Part shown: piece by piece, positions 45,261-53,372 of the stretch
Numbering within the stretch: position 1 is the first letter of the stretch
How the letters are laid out: every line of letters starts with the position of its first letter
Origin: Archangiaceae bacterium
Lineage (GTDB): Bacteria; Myxococcota; Myxococcia; Myxococcales; Myxococcaceae
Reading direction: 5' to 3'
Length of the DNA: 53,372 nt
Assembly: GCA_043750125.1 (NCBI GenBank)
Contig: JAYVCD010000028.1
Coordinates: 1-53,372, forward strand
The notes under the pieces: model-generated
Told to the model about the DNA's origin: nothing
Databases searched by the model: none
Seen by the model: only the letters and a program-made list of their open reading frames with translations
Program-made: the position numbers and the translations under genes

Positions 45261-46583
45261 TCACTCGACGACCAGCTCGTCGGCGTCCAGGATTTCCGAC
45301 GGGCGCAGGGCTTCGCCGATGAGCTTCATCCGCTTGACCGACAGCCCTTCGAGGTAGGGCCGAACGGTGGGAAAGCGCGCCAGCAGCTCATCGAAGGTCT
45401 TTCGTTCCAGAAACGCGGTTGCCGTCTTACGGGTGGCCTGGACCGTAGCCGACGCACGCAGGCCGGTGAGCAACGACATTTCTCCGGCGATGTCGCCTTC
45501 GCGCAAGATTCCAAGCGACACCATGCCCCCCGAGGGGTCTGACTTCTGCACCACCAGCTCGCCGGCGAGCACCATGTACATTCCGGGCGAGTACTCTCCT
45601 TCGACGATCGCGTTCTCGTTCGTCTGCAGCCCTCTAAAGAGGAAGCGACTGAGCAGGGCGCCGCGTTCGGCTTCGGGAATGCTCTGAAACAGCGGCGACG
45701 TGGAGACCAGATTTTTTGCCATGCGGGCCTGGGCGAAGGTCGCCAGCACCTGCGGAACGGAAGGGTGCTCGCGCGCGAGCTGATTGAGGTGGTCGCGCTT
45801 GATCTCGAAGAGGTCGAGGTCTGAGACGGCGGTGACGGTCGCGGTGGGTGAGGCACCGGTGAGCACCGAGAGCTCGCCAAAGATGCTGCCGCCCGAGAGG
45901 AAAGCCAGCGTCTTGGCTTCCTTGTCGACCATGCGGGTGACCTCGGCCTTACCGGCGACGATGACGCAAATGGCCTCACCCGATCGGCCTTCTTCGCTCA
46001 CCACCGTGCCAGGGGCTGCTTCTCGGTACCCCATCAACTCGACGAGCTCGGCGAAAGCCTCTTGGCTGAGCTCGGCGAACAGGGGCAGAGGCGGCCGCGC
46101 ATTCGGATCTGCGGCCGGCCCGCTGATGTCGGGAGCGCCGAGGACTTCGATCGCCTTGTCGGACAGGTCCGAGCCCAGCAACGCCATCAAGTCGGTCTCG
46201 ACCTTGCCGTCGTACAGCGTCTCTGGGGGAAGCGGAGGAGGCCCCGACGCACGACCTGCCGCAGCGCGCTCGGCCCGGTTGTGAATTCGATGCAGCGTCT
46301 CTTTGAGCCGCTTTTCGTTGGGGGACAGCAGCAGTGCCTGTTTGCAGGCGGCAATGCCCGACAAAAGATAGTCGCGACGCAGCAGCCCTTCGGCGCACGC
46401 GTGGAGCACGGTGACTGCGCGCTCGGGCTCGCTCAGCTTCTCGTAACAGCGCGCGGCGAGCATGCGAGAGCGGTGATCGCCCGGTTGGCGGCGCACCGCT
46501 TCGGCGAAGACGCCCAATGCGCGTTCCCACTGCGCGTCCGCGACGAGATCAAGGCCCAGCTCACGAAGGGAAGAACCACTCAT
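45261..46583 (-). CDS. TPR plus tandem cNMP-binding domain protein
   Basis: N-terminal TPRs, Pro linker, two cNMP folds (FGELSVLTG..TATV; AGEMSLLTG..SATV). Confidence 0.87.
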   Translation of the reverse strand: MSGSSLRELGLDLVADAQWERALGVFAEAVRRQPGDHRSRMLAARCYEKLSEPERAVTVLHACAEGLLRRDYLLSGIAACKQALLLSPNEKRLKETLHRIHNRAERAAAGRASGPPPLPPETLYDGKVETDLMALLGSDLSDKAIEVLGAPDISGPAADPNARPPLPLFAELSQEAFAELVELMGYREAAPGTVVSEEGRSGEAICVIVAGKAEVTRMVDKEAKTLAFLSGGSIFGELSVLTGASPTATVTAVSDLDLFEIKRDHLNQLAREHPSVPQVLATFAQARMAKNLVSTSPLFQSIPEAERGALLSRFLFRGLQTNENAIVEGEYSPGMYMVLAGELVVQKSDPSGGMVSLGILREGDIAGEMSLLTGLRASATVQATRKTATAFLERKTFDELLARFPTVRPYLEGLSVKRMKLIGEALRPSEILDADELVVE

Positions 46584-46646
46584 TGGGTCGAAGGTAACTT
46601 CGAGGCGCGCGAACAGGAAGGGCTTAAGAAACTTGAAAAGGGCCGC

Positions 46647-48983
46647 TCAGGGCTGCATCGCGGCGATCTGATTTTTCGCCTTCTCGTGGGTCGCTGAGCC
46701 CGGAGGCGTCACCTCGACCACGACCTTGAACTTCTTCAATGCCTCGCGCGGGTCGCGATCGCGAATCATGTACGCCGACTGGTAGAGGTCGTCCGCCCGG
46801 CCGATGGCATCGTCCAGACCCGCCTTCGCGCGGGCATCGTTGGGGTCCAGCTTTATCGCGTCACGAAAATTCGACGCAGCGTTGGCCAGGTCTTCGCGAA
46901 GCAGCGCTTCTTTTCCGGCCATCACTGCGGCCTGCGCCAGCTTTTCGTCGATCTCGGGGCCCAGGGCCGAAGGCAGCGCAATCTGCTGGTAGAGGGTGCG
47001 GGCTTGCCTGAGCGGTTTGGCCGCGCTGGCAACCTGACCCTCTCGAAATTTCTTGATCCCCTCTTCGTAGTTGCGTCCGAAGTTCGGAATCAGCTGCTGC
47101 AACAACTTGGCGCGCTTTCGAATCGCGTCATCGCCGGGGTTTTGTTCGATGACCCGGTCACACTCGGCGCCCGCCCGCTGCCACTCGTTGGCGACGTACT
47201 TGCGTTGGACGACGGCGAACGCGAGGGACATCGCCTCGGCTGCCCGGTTTTTCTCGCCCGCGATTCGATTTCCAACGGCCCGGCGCGCGTCGAGGTCGGC
47301 TTGCTTCTTCAGGTCCTCGGCAAGCGCCTCGGCTTCGGCGATTTTCCCGGCGACTTCTTTCTGATCGCTGTCGGGCAACTCGGCCATCAATTGCTTCGAG
47401 CCCTCGAGCTCACCGGCCGCGAGCAGATCGTCGATCTTCTGCCGCTTGAACTTCGTCTCGGCGAGCTTCAGCTGCTCGTCGACCGCCTTTTTGAGCTCTT
47501 CGGTCTTGATCGACCCCTGGGGAACGCGCGCCAACTCGGAACGGGCATCATCGAAGCGGCCCTGCTCGATCATTCCCTTCACCCCTTCGAGCGATTTCTG
47601 GATTCCCAGCTCGTCCCGGGCCTGGGCCGCAAGCTTGGTTTGGTCGGAGCCCGGCTGAAGCTTCTCGGCAGCCTCGATCAAAGAAATCGCCTCTTCGTAT
47701 TTGGTAGCGCGCACCGCATCGCGCGCCAGCTGCATCTTCTCGCCTGCCATCTTCTGGCGGGGATCAACGACGGGAACAGGAGGCGCGCGGGTCACGCTGC
47801 CGAGGATGGCCAGGAACACCAAAACCCCAGCCACCGCCGCCAGCACCCCCAACCGCTTTTTCCGGTCGAGACCTTTGAACCGTTCGACCAGCCCAAGCGC
47901 TTCGCCTTCCCGGCGCGCCACGGGCTTGCGGTCCGAACGATCGAGCGCAGGACGGGCGAGTGTCTTCGGGCCTGGTTCTCCGCCCTGCCCTTCGGCAGGC
48001 TCGGCCTCACTGGCTTCTGCTTTTTCGGTGTCGGATTCGCTTTGCGCAGAATCGACGGGCGCGACCTCTTCCGGAACCTCTTCTTTTTTCTTTTCCTCGC
48101 GCAGTTTTTTGAAAGCAGCGAGCTCGTCGACGAACTTCATCTTCGTCTTGCCGATGTGAATCTCATCGCCGTGCTCGAGCACCTTCTCGGCGATCTTCTC
48201 GCCGTTGACCTTGGTCCCGTTTCCGCTGCCGAGGTCCCGAAGCATCACCCCCTTGTCGCCCTGAATCAGCTCGACGTGACGGCGTGAGACCGACTGGTCG
48301 GAAAGCTGAAGATCGACCCCCGGGGTCCGCCCAATCACCATCCGGACGCCGCGAAACTTCTTCTTTTTACCTTCGTCGGGGCCAGCGGTAATCTGCAGGC
48401 TCAGGGGAGGGCCGGCTCGGGTTTCGTTCCCTTCCTCTTCTTCCTCTTCCTCGGCATCTTCGGCGAGCAGGGCGTCGAGGCCCCGGGTCTTCGGAGGCCC
48501 GAGGTCCGCATCGAGCGCATCCAGACCATCGCCTTCGAGATTCAGTGGGCGCTCTTCCAGCGGCTCGTAGTCGTTGCCTGTCTGGTATTCGGCGGGGGCT
48601 TCATCTTCCAGCGAGGCATAGGCGCTGCCCGTCTCGTATTCCGGGCCCACCCGGGGCTGTTCCCGGGACATCTTTCCAGGCGGCGCGTCCCAGTTCGAGC
48701 CCTTGCGTTTGGGCTGGGCTTCGGTGGAAAGCGCGCGCTCTGGGTCGTCGTTCTCAACCGGGTCGGCGTCATGAGAACCCGACGGGCGAGCGCTGGCGGG
48801 AAGCTTCACCCGGGCTTCGGTGGGCCTTGAAACCTCGGGGTCCGCCGCGACTTTGCGGCTTTTGCGGCCCGCGGGCGGAACCTTGATCTTGGCCTGAGTG
48901 CGCTGCAGCCGCTCGGGATCGTTCTCTTTGTCCTTGTTGCCCCGTTCGACTGCGGGGCTGCGCTTGCTCGGCGGCGGGGGCAT
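46647..48983 (-). CDS. FHA domain + TM + TPR protein with disordered N-terminus
   Basis: FHA: MVIGR..DLQLSDQSVSRRH..LRDLGSGNGTKVNG; TM LGVLAAVAGVLVFLAIL; C-terminal TPRs. Confidence 0.9.
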   Translation of the reverse strand: MPPPPSKRSPAVERGNKDKENDPERLQRTQAKIKVPPAGRKSRKVAADPEVSRPTEARVKLPASARPSGSHDADPVENDDPERALSTEAQPKRKGSNWDAPPGKMSREQPRVGPEYETGSAYASLEDEAPAEYQTGNDYEPLEERPLNLEGDGLDALDADLGPPKTRGLDALLAEDAEEEEEEEGNETRAGPPLSLQITAGPDEGKKKKFRGVRMVIGRTPGVDLQLSDQSVSRRHVELIQGDKGVMLRDLGSGNGTKVNGEKIAEKVLEHGDEIHIGKTKMKFVDELAAFKKLREEKKKEEVPEEVAPVDSAQSESDTEKAEASEAEPAEGQGGEPGPKTLARPALDRSDRKPVARREGEALGLVERFKGLDRKKRLGVLAAVAGVLVFLAILGSVTRAPPVPVVDPRQKMAGEKMQLARDAVRATKYEEAISLIEAAEKLQPGSDQTKLAAQARDELGIQKSLEGVKGMIEQGRFDDARSELARVPQGSIKTEELKKAVDEQLKLAETKFKRQKIDDLLAAGELEGSKQLMAELPDSDQKEVAGKIAEAEALAEDLKKQADLDARRAVGNRIAGEKNRAAEAMSLAFAVVQRKYVANEWQRAGAECDRVIEQNPGDDAIRKRAKLLQQLIPNFGRNYEEGIKKFREGQVASAAKPLRQARTLYQQIALPSALGPEIDEKLAQAAVMAGKEALLREDLANAASNFRDAIKLDPNDARAKAGLDDAIGRADDLYQSAYMIRDRDPREALKKFKVVVEVTPPGSATHEKAKNQIAAMQP

Positions 48984-49042
48984 ATCGTCCCGAAAACTCT
49001 AGCAGGGAAGTTGAAGACGGGATTGTTAGTGTCCGACCCGCC

Positions 49043-50482
49043 ATGGCCAAGACCCCCAAGCCCCAGGTTCCGACGTTGCTTTCAGTCCCACTGATCGAAC
49101 GGCTGCTTTCGGCCGCGATGGAAAAAGGCGGAGATTTTGCCGAGGTGTATGTCGAGCGCAACGAGAGCTGCGCGGTGATCCTCGAAGAGAAAAAAGTGAA
49201 GAGCGCCCAGGCCGGCCTCTCGCAAGGAGTGGGCGTTCGCGTCATCTCGGGCGCGAAGGTGGGGTACGCGTATTCCGATGACCTCGACGACGAGGCCTTG
49301 TTTCGTGCGGCGCGGACGGCGGCGTTGATCGCGCAGGGCGGAGGCAGTGACCAATCTTTCAACGTCGCCCGGACTGCACTGCCGAGCTTCTACCGGGTGG
49401 TCACCTCATTGGCCCAGGTCGAAGTGGACAAGAAGGTGGCGCTGGTGGTGCGAGCCAACAAGGCCGCGCATGCCTACGACAAGAGGGTGAAGCAGGTCAT
49501 CGCCACCTACGCCGACTCGACCAAGCGGGTGCTGGTGGCCAACACCCAGGGACGCCTTGCCGAGGACACCCAGGATTTGTGCCGGCTGTCGGCCCACGTG
49601 GTCGCCGAGGGAAAGAAAGGAGATTTGCGCACCGGTTTCTACGGCGGAGGCGGCCGGGTGCCGTTCAGCCATTTCGAGACCTTCACGCCCGAGGTGGTCG
49701 CGACCGAGGCCGCGCGCCAGGCTATTGAAACGCTGGGAGCGGCGGATGCGAAGGCGGGCCAGCAGACGGTGGTCCTCGCTCCGGGCTGGAGCGGGATTCT
49801 ACTTCACGAAGCGGTGGGCCACGGACTGGAGGCGGACTTCATTCGCAAAGGCACCTCGCTGTTTGCCGGCAAAGAGAATCAGAAGGTGGCTTCAGATCTG
49901 GTGACGGTGATCGACGATGGGACGGTCGCCAATGCGCGCGGCTCGTTGAACGTGGACGATGAGGGCAACCCGGCTCAGTTCAAGGTGCTGATCGAGCGCG
50001 GGGTGCTCAAGGGCTTCATGTACGACTCGCTCAACGCAAAGCTGATGGGTCAAAGCTCTTCGGGCAGCGGACGGCGCGAGAGCTTCAAGCATCTGCCGTT
50101 GCCGCGAATGACGAACACCTACCTGGCTCCGGGTGAATCGACCCACGACGAAATCATCCACTCGGTCGACAGCGGGATCTACTGCGCCCACTTCGGAGGT
50201 GGGCAGGTGGACATCACCAATGGCAACTTCGTATTCGAAGTCAGCGAGGCCTACGAAATCAATAAGGGCAAAGTCGGCCGCCCCCTGAAAGGAGTGACCT
50301 TGATCGGCGTAGGTCCCGAGGCGTTGAAGAACGTCTCGATGGTGGGAAACAACCCGATGCCGGACCCCGGCATGGGCACCTGCGGAAAAGATGGCCAGAG
50401 CGTGCCGGTGGGCGTGGGGTTACCGACGCTGCGAATCGACAAGATGACCGTCGGCGGTACCAAGCTGGGAGGTGCAGCATGA
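49043..50482 (+). CDS. tldD: Metalloprotease TldD
   Basis: DFAEVYVE, GVGVRV, LHEAVGHGLEAD, DDEG, PRMTNT, GGQVD, GTCGKDGQ. Confidence 0.94.
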   Translation: MAKTPKPQVPTLLSVPLIERLLSAAMEKGGDFAEVYVERNESCAVILEEKKVKSAQAGLSQGVGVRVISGAKVGYAYSDDLDDEALFRAARTAALIAQGGGSDQSFNVARTALPSFYRVVTSLAQVEVDKKVALVVRANKAAHAYDKRVKQVIATYADSTKRVLVANTQGRLAEDTQDLCRLSAHVVAEGKKGDLRTGFYGGGGRVPFSHFETFTPEVVATEAARQAIETLGAADAKAGQQTVVLAPGWSGILLHEAVGHGLEADFIRKGTSLFAGKENQKVASDLVTVIDDGTVANARGSLNVDDEGNPAQFKVLIERGVLKGFMYDSLNAKLMGQSSSGSGRRESFKHLPLPRMTNTYLAPGESTHDEIIHSVDSGIYCAHFGGGQVDITNGNFVFEVSEAYEINKGKVGRPLKGVTLIGVGPEALKNVSMVGNNPMPDPGMGTCGKDGQSVPVGVGLPTLRIDKMTVGGTKLGGAA

Positions 50483-51828
50483 GCACGGACTACCAGGCAC
50501 TGGCGAAGAAGCTGATGGCGCGCGCCAAGAAGAAGGGCGCCCAACAGGCGGAAGTCTTCATCGAGGTCGGGCGCGAGGCGAGCGTTCGGGTACGCGATGG
50601 AGAAATCGAAGACCTCACCCAGGCCACCTCGAAGGGAGTGGGGGTCCGGGTGTTCGTGAAGAAGCGGCTGGGGTTTGCCTGGACCAGCGATTTCACCGAA
50701 GGCAGCCTCAATGCGTTCGTCGATCGCGCAGTCGAGCTGGCAGAAGCGGCGGCGCCCAACAGCCTCAACGGCCTTCCTGACCGGTCAGACCTGCGCGGCC
50801 ACCACGACGTGGGCGCGCTGTTTGACCCGCAGATCGCGAACCTTCGCCCCGAGTGGAAAATTGAAGCGGCAATCGAGATGGAGAAAGCCGGCCGATCGGT
50901 CGACCCGCGGATCAAGACCTTCGACAGCGTCGGCGCGGGCGAGAGCGTCAGCGAGGTGTACCTGGCCAGCAGCGAGGGTTTCACCGGCGGCTACCAGGGA
51001 ACGTATGCCTTCTTGTATGCGATGCCGGTGGCGGCCGAGGGCGACCAGCTGCAGACCAGCTACTGGGTCGACTACAAGCGGTTCCTCGACAAGCTCGACA
51101 GCCCCGAAGCGGTGGGAAAGGAAGCAGCTCGACGGGCGGTGCGAATGCTCGGCGCCAAGAAGGTGAAGTCACAGAAGGTGCCGGTGATTTTCGACCCGAT
51201 GATGGCAGCCTCGTTCGTCGGCAGCATCGCATCGGCGGCCAACGGCGACGCGGTCTTCAAGCAAAGCTCTTTTCTCGCCTCGAAGCTGGGAAAGAAGATC
51301 GCGCCGGAAAGCGTGAGCATTGTCGATGACGGGCTGCTCAAAGACGGAATCGCGACCTCCCCTTTCGATGGCGAAGGGGTGGCCACGCGCACCACCAAGC
51401 TCATCGATCAGGGCGTGCTGAAAGCGTTTCTCTACGATGCGTTCACGGCCCGGAAAGCGAAGGCCCACTCGACCGGCAATGCGGCGCGGGGCTACCGGAC
51501 GATGCCCCACATCGGGACCAACAACCTCTACATGGAAGCGGGTAGCCAGAGCCCCGAGTCGATCATCAAGGGCGTAAAGAATGGCTTCTACGTCACCGCG
51601 ATGCTGGGTCATGGCGCCAACCTGGTGACTGGCGAGTTTTCGCGCGGCGCCAATGGATTGTGGATTGAGAACGGCGAGCTGACCCGCCCGGTTCAGGAAG
51701 TCACCGTCGCAGGTCAGTTGCTGACCATGCTTCAGGACATCGACGCGATTGGAAATGACCTGACTTTTCGCGGCAGCACTGCGGCACCGACAATTCGCTT
51801 CAAAGAACTGACTGTCTCGGGGGAATGA
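50479..51828 (+). CDS. pmbA: TldE/PmbA
   Basis: PFDGEGV, STGNA.R, GANLVTGEFSRGA.G..IENGE, EVTVAG; no HExxGH; ATGA overlap with tldD. Confidence 0.92.
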   Translation: MSTDYQALAKKLMARAKKKGAQQAEVFIEVGREASVRVRDGEIEDLTQATSKGVGVRVFVKKRLGFAWTSDFTEGSLNAFVDRAVELAEAAAPNSLNGLPDRSDLRGHHDVGALFDPQIANLRPEWKIEAAIEMEKAGRSVDPRIKTFDSVGAGESVSEVYLASSEGFTGGYQGTYAFLYAMPVAAEGDQLQTSYWVDYKRFLDKLDSPEAVGKEAARRAVRMLGAKKVKSQKVPVIFDPMMAASFVGSIASAANGDAVFKQSSFLASKLGKKIAPESVSIVDDGLLKDGIATSPFDGEGVATRTTKLIDQGVLKAFLYDAFTARKAKAHSTGNAARGYRTMPHIGTNNLYMEAGSQSPESIIKGVKNGFYVTAMLGHGANLVTGEFSRGANGLWIENGELTRPVQEVTVAGQLLTMLQDIDAIGNDLTFRGSTAAPTIRFKELTVSGE

Positions 51829-51831
51829 AGA

Positions 51832-52791
51832 ATGGCGGCAGCAAAGAAGCGCGCACCTCGGCGCAAGAAGGTCGAGGTGGCGAGCAAGGGTCTTAGCCCC
51901 GCCGAGACCAACTCTTCGACGGACGAAGCGAAAGCTTTGGCCGAGCTGATCAAGGCAGACGGCGGTGAGGTCATCGGGATGTACCGGGAGCCATTGGGAG
52001 GACACCCGGTCGTGCTCGCGGTGCTGCCGATCGACAAGGTCGAGCCGACTCCGTACCAGCGCGATCGCAGCGAGACGCACGTGAAGAAGCTCGCCAATGC
52101 GATGGAGCGCGTCGGCAGCTTCCTCGACCCGTTGATCGCAGTTCGCAAAGACGGGACCTACTGGACGCCCAATGGCAACCACCGCCTCGGAGCCATGAAG
52201 CTGATGGGAATGAAGGCGATCACGTCTTTGGTGCTCCCGGATGAAGACACCGCCTACAAGATCCTCGCGCTCAACACCGAGAAGGCGCACAACTTGAAGG
52301 AAAGGTCGCTTGAAGTGATTCGGATGTACCGCGGCCTGGTCGGAGCGCGGGGCGAGGAGAAAGAGAGCGACTTCGTGGGGATTTTCGAAGAGCCGCACTT
52401 CGCAACATTCGGTGCGGCTTACGAAAAGCGGCCCCGCTATGCGGCCGGAGCGTACAGCGTCGTGGTGAAGCGGCTCGAGGGCTTCGAGGACATCTCGCTG
52501 GAGAAGGGCCTGAAGCTTCGAGAGGCGCGGGCCGACAAGTTGATCGCGTTCGACGACGAGGTAGTGAAGGTCGTCGAGGCGCTCAAGGCGCGCGGGTTTC
52601 AAAGCGTTTATCTGAAGAACTACGTCGTCGCCCGGGTGAACTTTCTGCGCTTCAAGAAGGAAGGCAGCTTCGATTTCGATCAGACGATCGACAAGTTGAA
52701 AGCGGCGGTGCTCAAGATTGACGTAGCCGGAGTGCACAAGGAAGACATCGCCAAGATGGGTGGCGCGCCGGCGGAATCCGCGGACGAATAG
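51832..52791 (+). CDS. Orphan ParB/Srx N-terminal domain protein
   Basis: LPIDKVEPTPYQR, FLDPLIAV, WTPNGNHRL, ALNTEK. Confidence 0.82.
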   Translation: MAAAKKRAPRRKKVEVASKGLSPAETNSSTDEAKALAELIKADGGEVIGMYREPLGGHPVVLAVLPIDKVEPTPYQRDRSETHVKKLANAMERVGSFLDPLIAVRKDGTYWTPNGNHRLGAMKLMGMKAITSLVLPDEDTAYKILALNTEKAHNLKERSLEVIRMYRGLVGARGEEKESDFVGIFEEPHFATFGAAYEKRPRYAAGAYSVVVKRLEGFEDISLEKGLKLREARADKLIAFDDEVVKVVEALKARGFQSVYLKNYVVARVNFLRFKKEGSFDFDQTIDKLKAAVLKIDVAGVHKEDIAKMGGAPAESADE

Positions 52792-52887
52792 CGTCAGCGG
52801 TAGTCTGCGGGCATCGAAAGAGGCTTCGTCTGCACCTACATGGTAGGGTGATCGGAAAGGGCCGCCGTCGAGGTACGAAAAGTCTCC

Positions 52888-53372
52888 ATGCTGCGCCGCC
52901 CTGCACTTCTGCTCCTGATCTCAGCCTCGGCAGTGTTGCCCTGCTGTGGGAACAAGCCGCCGGACAAGCCTGCTCTGGGCGCAGAGGACTGCAACAACCG
53001 GAAGGATGACAACGGCGACGGGAAAGTCGATTGCGCCGACCCGAAATGCTTCAAGGACCCGCGCTGCATTGGAATGGCCGAGGTCTGCGACAACGGCACC
53101 GACGACAATGGCGATGGCCTCGCGGACTGCCTGGATCCGATGTGTGACGGACAGCGGTGCGGAGTCGGTTGCGTGTGTGTCGCGACACTTCGCAGCGAGA
53201 GCGACTGCGGTGACGGGTTGGACAATGACGGAGACGGCAAGACGGACTGCATGGACATCGACTGTCGCTCGTCGCCGGCCTGTTCCGATGGGGGCTCCGG
53301 CGGCGGCAGCGCGGCAGGCGGCGGCAGCGCGGCGGGCGGCGGCAGCGCGGCGGGCGGCGGCAGCGCGGCGGG
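52888..53372 (+). CDS. Secreted protein or lipoprotein with Cys/Asp-rich E-x-C-x-(N/D)-x2-D-(D/N)-(N/D)-GDG-x2-DC repeats (partial)
   Basis: Manual translation: MLRRPALLLLISASAVLPCC...EDCNNRKDDNGDGKVDCADPKC, EVCDNGTDDNGDGLADCLDPMC, DCGDGLDNDGDGKTDCMDIDC, then (GGGSAA)n. No stop within the window. Confidence 0.82.
   Translation, partial: MLRRPALLLLISASAVLPCCGNKPPDKPALGAEDCNNRKDDNGDGKVDCADPKCFKDPRCIGMAEVCDNGTDDNGDGLADCLDPMCDGQRCGVGCVCVATLRSESDCGDGLDNDGDGKTDCMDIDCRSSPACSDGGSGGGSAAGGGSAAGGGSAAGGGSAA
53299..53372 (+). repeat. 18-bp coding tandem repeat (GGCGGCGGCAGCGCGGCR), at least 4 copies
   Basis: Copies at 53299, 53317, 53335 and 53353, continuing to the window end; encodes GGGSAA. Confidence 0.92.

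Noticed and set aside
51832..52791. Chromosome partition locus or plasmid/prophage marker
   Set aside because: No parA, parS palindrome, replication or phage genes; the CTPase motif is divergent.
53299..53372. Terminal repeat as a CRISPR array
   Set aside because: Contiguous in-frame 18-bp units with no spacers and no cas genes.

Overview
A GC-rich, gene-dense stretch of a Myxococcota chromosome, probably Cystobacterineae/Myxococcaceae-like. The assignment rests on a complete gliding G2 cluster (gltK/gltB/gltA/gltC), a MYXO-CTERM protein, a TIGR02266-type PilZ protein and Cys-rich lipoproteins. About 53 CDS, in order: the start of a CheY-like gene; nusB-ribH-ribB(X)-ribE fed by a cNMP-binding gene; NUDIX-glpD-EamA; a GT2 plus a very Cys-rich lipoprotein; a moaD-moaE fusion; two Ser/Thr kinases; an FN3/MYXO-CTERM + beta-barrel + PKD surface operon; an Asd-like gene, tsaB, rseP-cdsA-uppS; rluA-type, dinB, pcnB; plsX plus a HAD phosphatase downstream of gltBAC; a vWA + membrane coiled-coil pair; a PilZ protein; a membrane gluzincin-TPR protein; TPR/cNMP/FHA signalling genes; tldD-pmbA-parB-like; and a truncated Cys/Asp-repeat protein ending in an 18-bp tandem repeat. 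I saw no rRNA, tRNA, CRISPR array, transposase, integrase or phage gene. Most notable: an eroded ubiquitin-like (C-terminal GG) ORF at 5145-5357 whose apparent partner gene start is fused onto an amidohydrolase; several predicted pseudo-enzymes (RibB-X, Asd-like, Arg-less cNMP domains); a frameshifted TetR with its operator; a shared FEGLDL motif in GltB and GltC; lipid enzymes coupled to gliding genes; a candidate sigma54 vWA/coiled-coil operon; and an orphan ParB-like gene coupled to TldD/E. All calls come from motif recognition by eye; no searches were run.
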